Assembly: GCA_963674825.1 (NCBI GenBank)
Contig: OY771587.1
Location: 2,976,001-3,040,000, forward strand
DNA: 64,000 bases
From: Candidatus Cloacimonadales bacterium
GTDB taxonomy: Bacteria > Cloacimonadota > Cloacimonadia > Cloacimonadales > JAIOQZ01
Direction of reading: 5' to 3'
The position numbers and the translations under genes are program-made. The notes under the pieces were generated by a model. The model was not told where the DNA came from. It saw only the letters and a list, made by a program, of their open reading frames with translations, and searched no databases. This document shows, one piece after another, positions 60,546 through 64,000 of this stretch (within the stretch, counting starts at the first letter, position 1; each line of letters begins with the position of its first letter).

Positions 60546-60739
60546 CACCAATCACTAATTGTGTCATTTCGTGTAAGGAGTCCTGATTTTGTAAAGATAA
60601 TTTGCTGAACCCAAACACCCGAGCCCTCCAATTTATTCCTTGACGGGAAAATGACAGAATTTTGTAACTTCCACTTCCGAGTGTCGTTTCTAATTCAAAA
60701 AGCTATACAGGATAGAAAACAGGAAGAGGAGAGTAACCT

Positions 60740-62749
60740 ATGAAGTGTTCGTACATTATTATATGCTTTTTTTTCGCTGTAAGCCTTGCTTTCACTAATG
60801 TCTCGGTTCTAAACGCGGAAGAAAACGCAAAGAACGAAGTTTTGGCTGAATTTGACGGCGGAAAAATCACAACGCAGGACTTAGAAAACAAACTTGAAAA
60901 AATCCCGCCGATGCAGAGGGAACGCTACGAGACAATCGATGGGAAAAAACAGGTGCTGGATATCATGTGCACCGAACAAATGTTTTATCGTGAAGGCCTT
61001 GCCCTCGGTAAAGATAAAGATCCGGCGATTCTCGAGCAGATCGATATAAGAACACGCCCGGTCGTCATTCGCGCCTACCGCTCGAATGAGTTTAAAAAAG
61101 ACCTCAAGATCACCGACAAAGAAAAACGCGAATTTTACGAAGAGAATCGCGATAAAATGTTCAAAGTAAAGCCCGATTACAGCATTATGTACATCCAGGT
61201 CGAAAACATGGATGATGCGCAGGCTGCAAAAAAGATGTTCGACGAAGGCAAAGACTTCATCGACGTCATGAACCAGTATTCCACCAACAAGTACTCGCGT
61301 GAACGCGGCGGCAAGATCGATCACATCAACAACAGCGGTTACATCAAGGGTGTTGGACGCGATGAAGCACTCGACAGCCTGATCGTAAACGCTCCGCTGA
61401 ACCAGTTGATCGGGCCTGATTCCACCGAGACCGGTATCCATTTCTTCAAGGTTGTAGAATACGAACCTGCACACTATAAAGAATATAAGGATTCCGAGAA
61501 GCTTATCGAGCAACGGCTTCAGCCGATAAAAGAATCCGAACTGTACATGAAAGAGACAGAAAAGCTCTTTGCTGAGTTCGATATTGTGATTGACAACGAT
61601 TTGATAAAGAGTGTAAACATCAAAGACGATTCTCTCTCGGCAGAAGAGATGCAGAAGGTAGCTGTCAACAGCAGTAACCCCGAGTTTAAAATCACGGTTG
61701 CTGACCTGTTTGATATGTATAAAGAAATTGGCGCTGAACAACGCGGCCAGTTCGAAAGCCCGGATGCTCGTATCAACATCGTTACCAAGAATTTAGAAGA
61801 CCGTGTGTTCTTCCTGGACGCAAAACGTAAAGGTTATCTTGAATCGGATGAAGTCAAAGATGAACTCGATCAGATTCGTTATGCCGGCATCCTTCGCGCT
61901 GCATACGACGAAGACGTTCTGAAAAAGGTTGAGCTTAGCGACGAAGAGATTCGTAAAGCGTACGATGATGATAAAGAGAGCTATGCCGTCAATCCGACCC
62001 GTAAGATTCGTACATTCCACTTCGCTACCGAGAAAGAAGCGAAAAAAGCTCGTAAAAAAGCAATGAAGTACACGAAGAAAGATCAGATGGACAATTTGAA
62101 CGAATTGATTCAGGAGTCCTCTTTGTTTACACGCAATGATGGCGTCATTGACAACATCAGGGACAACAAGCTCATCCCGAACGTCGGTAAGGATGATAGA
62201 TACTCCGAAACCGTCTGGGCAACCCCGGTCGGCGAATTCTGTGAGATATTCGAATCGGCAGCTGGCGAATTCGTGTTCTTCCAGGTGCTTGAAGAAACTC
62301 CGCTCACCTACAAAGATTTCGAGACTGTCAAGACGACTATTTCCTCGAATCTGTATCGTAAAAAAGTTCGCGAGAAATTCGAAGCTGTCACCAAGGAACT
62401 CGAAGAGAAATTCCACCTGGTGAAGTATCCTGAAAAGATCGACATGAGTCTGACTGCCGAGCAGCTGTTCAACATGGCGGAAGATGCGCAGAAGCGTAAA
62501 CGCTACAACGATGCTGTCACCTACTACGACCAGATCATCAAGGTTTACAAGAACGGTAGCGACGACTACAAGGCGACCTTCATGAAAGCGTTCCTCTACT
62601 CGGAAGAGCTGAAGGACAACGAGAAGGCGAAAGAGCTGTTCCAGTCCGTTATCAACGACTTCCCGCAGGGTGATCTGCACGAATCGGCTGAGTTCATGCT
62701 CCAGTCGCTTAACGGCGATGTTGATTTCCTGGAAAACATCAAAGAATAG
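60740..62749 (+). CDS. Exported parvulin/SurA-PpiD-like PPIase with C-terminal TPR region
   Basis: Signal peptide; two rotamase-like domains (YS...S..RGG; GP..T..GIH); TPR-like terminus. Confidence 0.8.
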   Translation: MKCSYIIICFFFAVSLAFTNVSVLNAEENAKNEVLAEFDGGKITTQDLENKLEKIPPMQRERYETIDGKKQVLDIMCTEQMFYREGLALGKDKDPAILEQIDIRTRPVVIRAYRSNEFKKDLKITDKEKREFYEENRDKMFKVKPDYSIMYIQVENMDDAQAAKKMFDEGKDFIDVMNQYSTNKYSRERGGKIDHINNSGYIKGVGRDEALDSLIVNAPLNQLIGPDSTETGIHFFKVVEYEPAHYKEYKDSEKLIEQRLQPIKESELYMKETEKLFAEFDIVIDNDLIKSVNIKDDSLSAEEMQKVAVNSSNPEFKITVADLFDMYKEIGAEQRGQFESPDARINIVTKNLEDRVFFLDAKRKGYLESDEVKDELDQIRYAGILRAAYDEDVLKKVELSDEEIRKAYDDDKESYAVNPTRKIRTFHFATEKEAKKARKKAMKYTKKDQMDNLNELIQESSLFTRNDGVIDNIRDNKLIPNVGKDDRYSETVWATPVGEFCEIFESAAGEFVFFQVLEETPLTYKDFETVKTTISSNLYRKKVREKFEAVTKELEEKFHLVKYPEKIDMSLTAEQLFNMAEDAQKRKRYNDAVTYYDQIIKVYKNGSDDYKATFMKAFLYSEELKDNEKAKELFQSVINDFPQGDLHESAEFMLQSLNGDVDFLENIKE

Positions 62750-62772
62750 GCTAAAACGTTAACGATAACTTG

Positions 62773-62808
62773 ACGGGGTTGTGAATGAAACAACCCCGTT
62801 TTCATTTT
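62773..62808 (+). terminator. Rho-independent terminator
   Basis: ACGGGGTTG/CAACCCCGT plus T-rich tail. Confidence 0.75.
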
Positions 62809-62866
62809 GCTTGACAAGCCAGTCGGATCCGATTGGATTGAATAAAAGAAATAGAGGAGGTAGAAG

Positions 62867-64000
<1,134 letters not shown>

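Noticed and set aside
60881..62680. 286- and 295-aa antisense ORFs opposite the PPIase
   Set aside because: Shadow ORFs with no RBS or recognisable domains

Overview
Bacterial chromosomal window of about 50% GC. It probably comes from an anaerobic FCB-superphylum organism resembling Cloacimonadota; this is inferred from the YPNPFNP...KxxLxK C-terminal domains, hcp/ferredoxin and gene content. In order it holds: an HDOD gene and a stand-alone cheD-HDOD-cheY-cheX-like operon; several secreted proteins (FG-GAP, an atypical S8 protease, a four-module GLUG protein, a paralog pair); a pentapeptide-repeat K+ channel; a TetR-(4Fe-4S)-hcp-cupin cluster followed by a ferredoxin; a divergent EF-G paralog with yebC-ruvC-ruvA-rsmB; an S41 peptidase; radical SAM genes; an ECF-type transporter cluster with no T subunit; tRNA-Gly/Cys/Leu; an ~18 kb type IV pilus operon; and PPIase, fba and a partial gap. 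The most interesting candidates are (1) the pilus operon, with three tandem ~610-aa PilX-like pilins, an invasin-like lipoprotein between pilQ and pilB, an MshEN-bearing PilB and a sigma54-type pilA promoter; (2) a ~90-aa C-terminal module that replaces a T9SS-like CTD in one of two paralogs, a possible second sorting signal; (3) the receptor-less Che/HDOD module; (4) the ECF cluster with molybdopterin-oxidoreductase-like accessory proteins; and (5) TetR operators in front of hcp. No CRISPR array, transposase or integrase was seen. All family assignments come from motif recognition by eye, not database searches.
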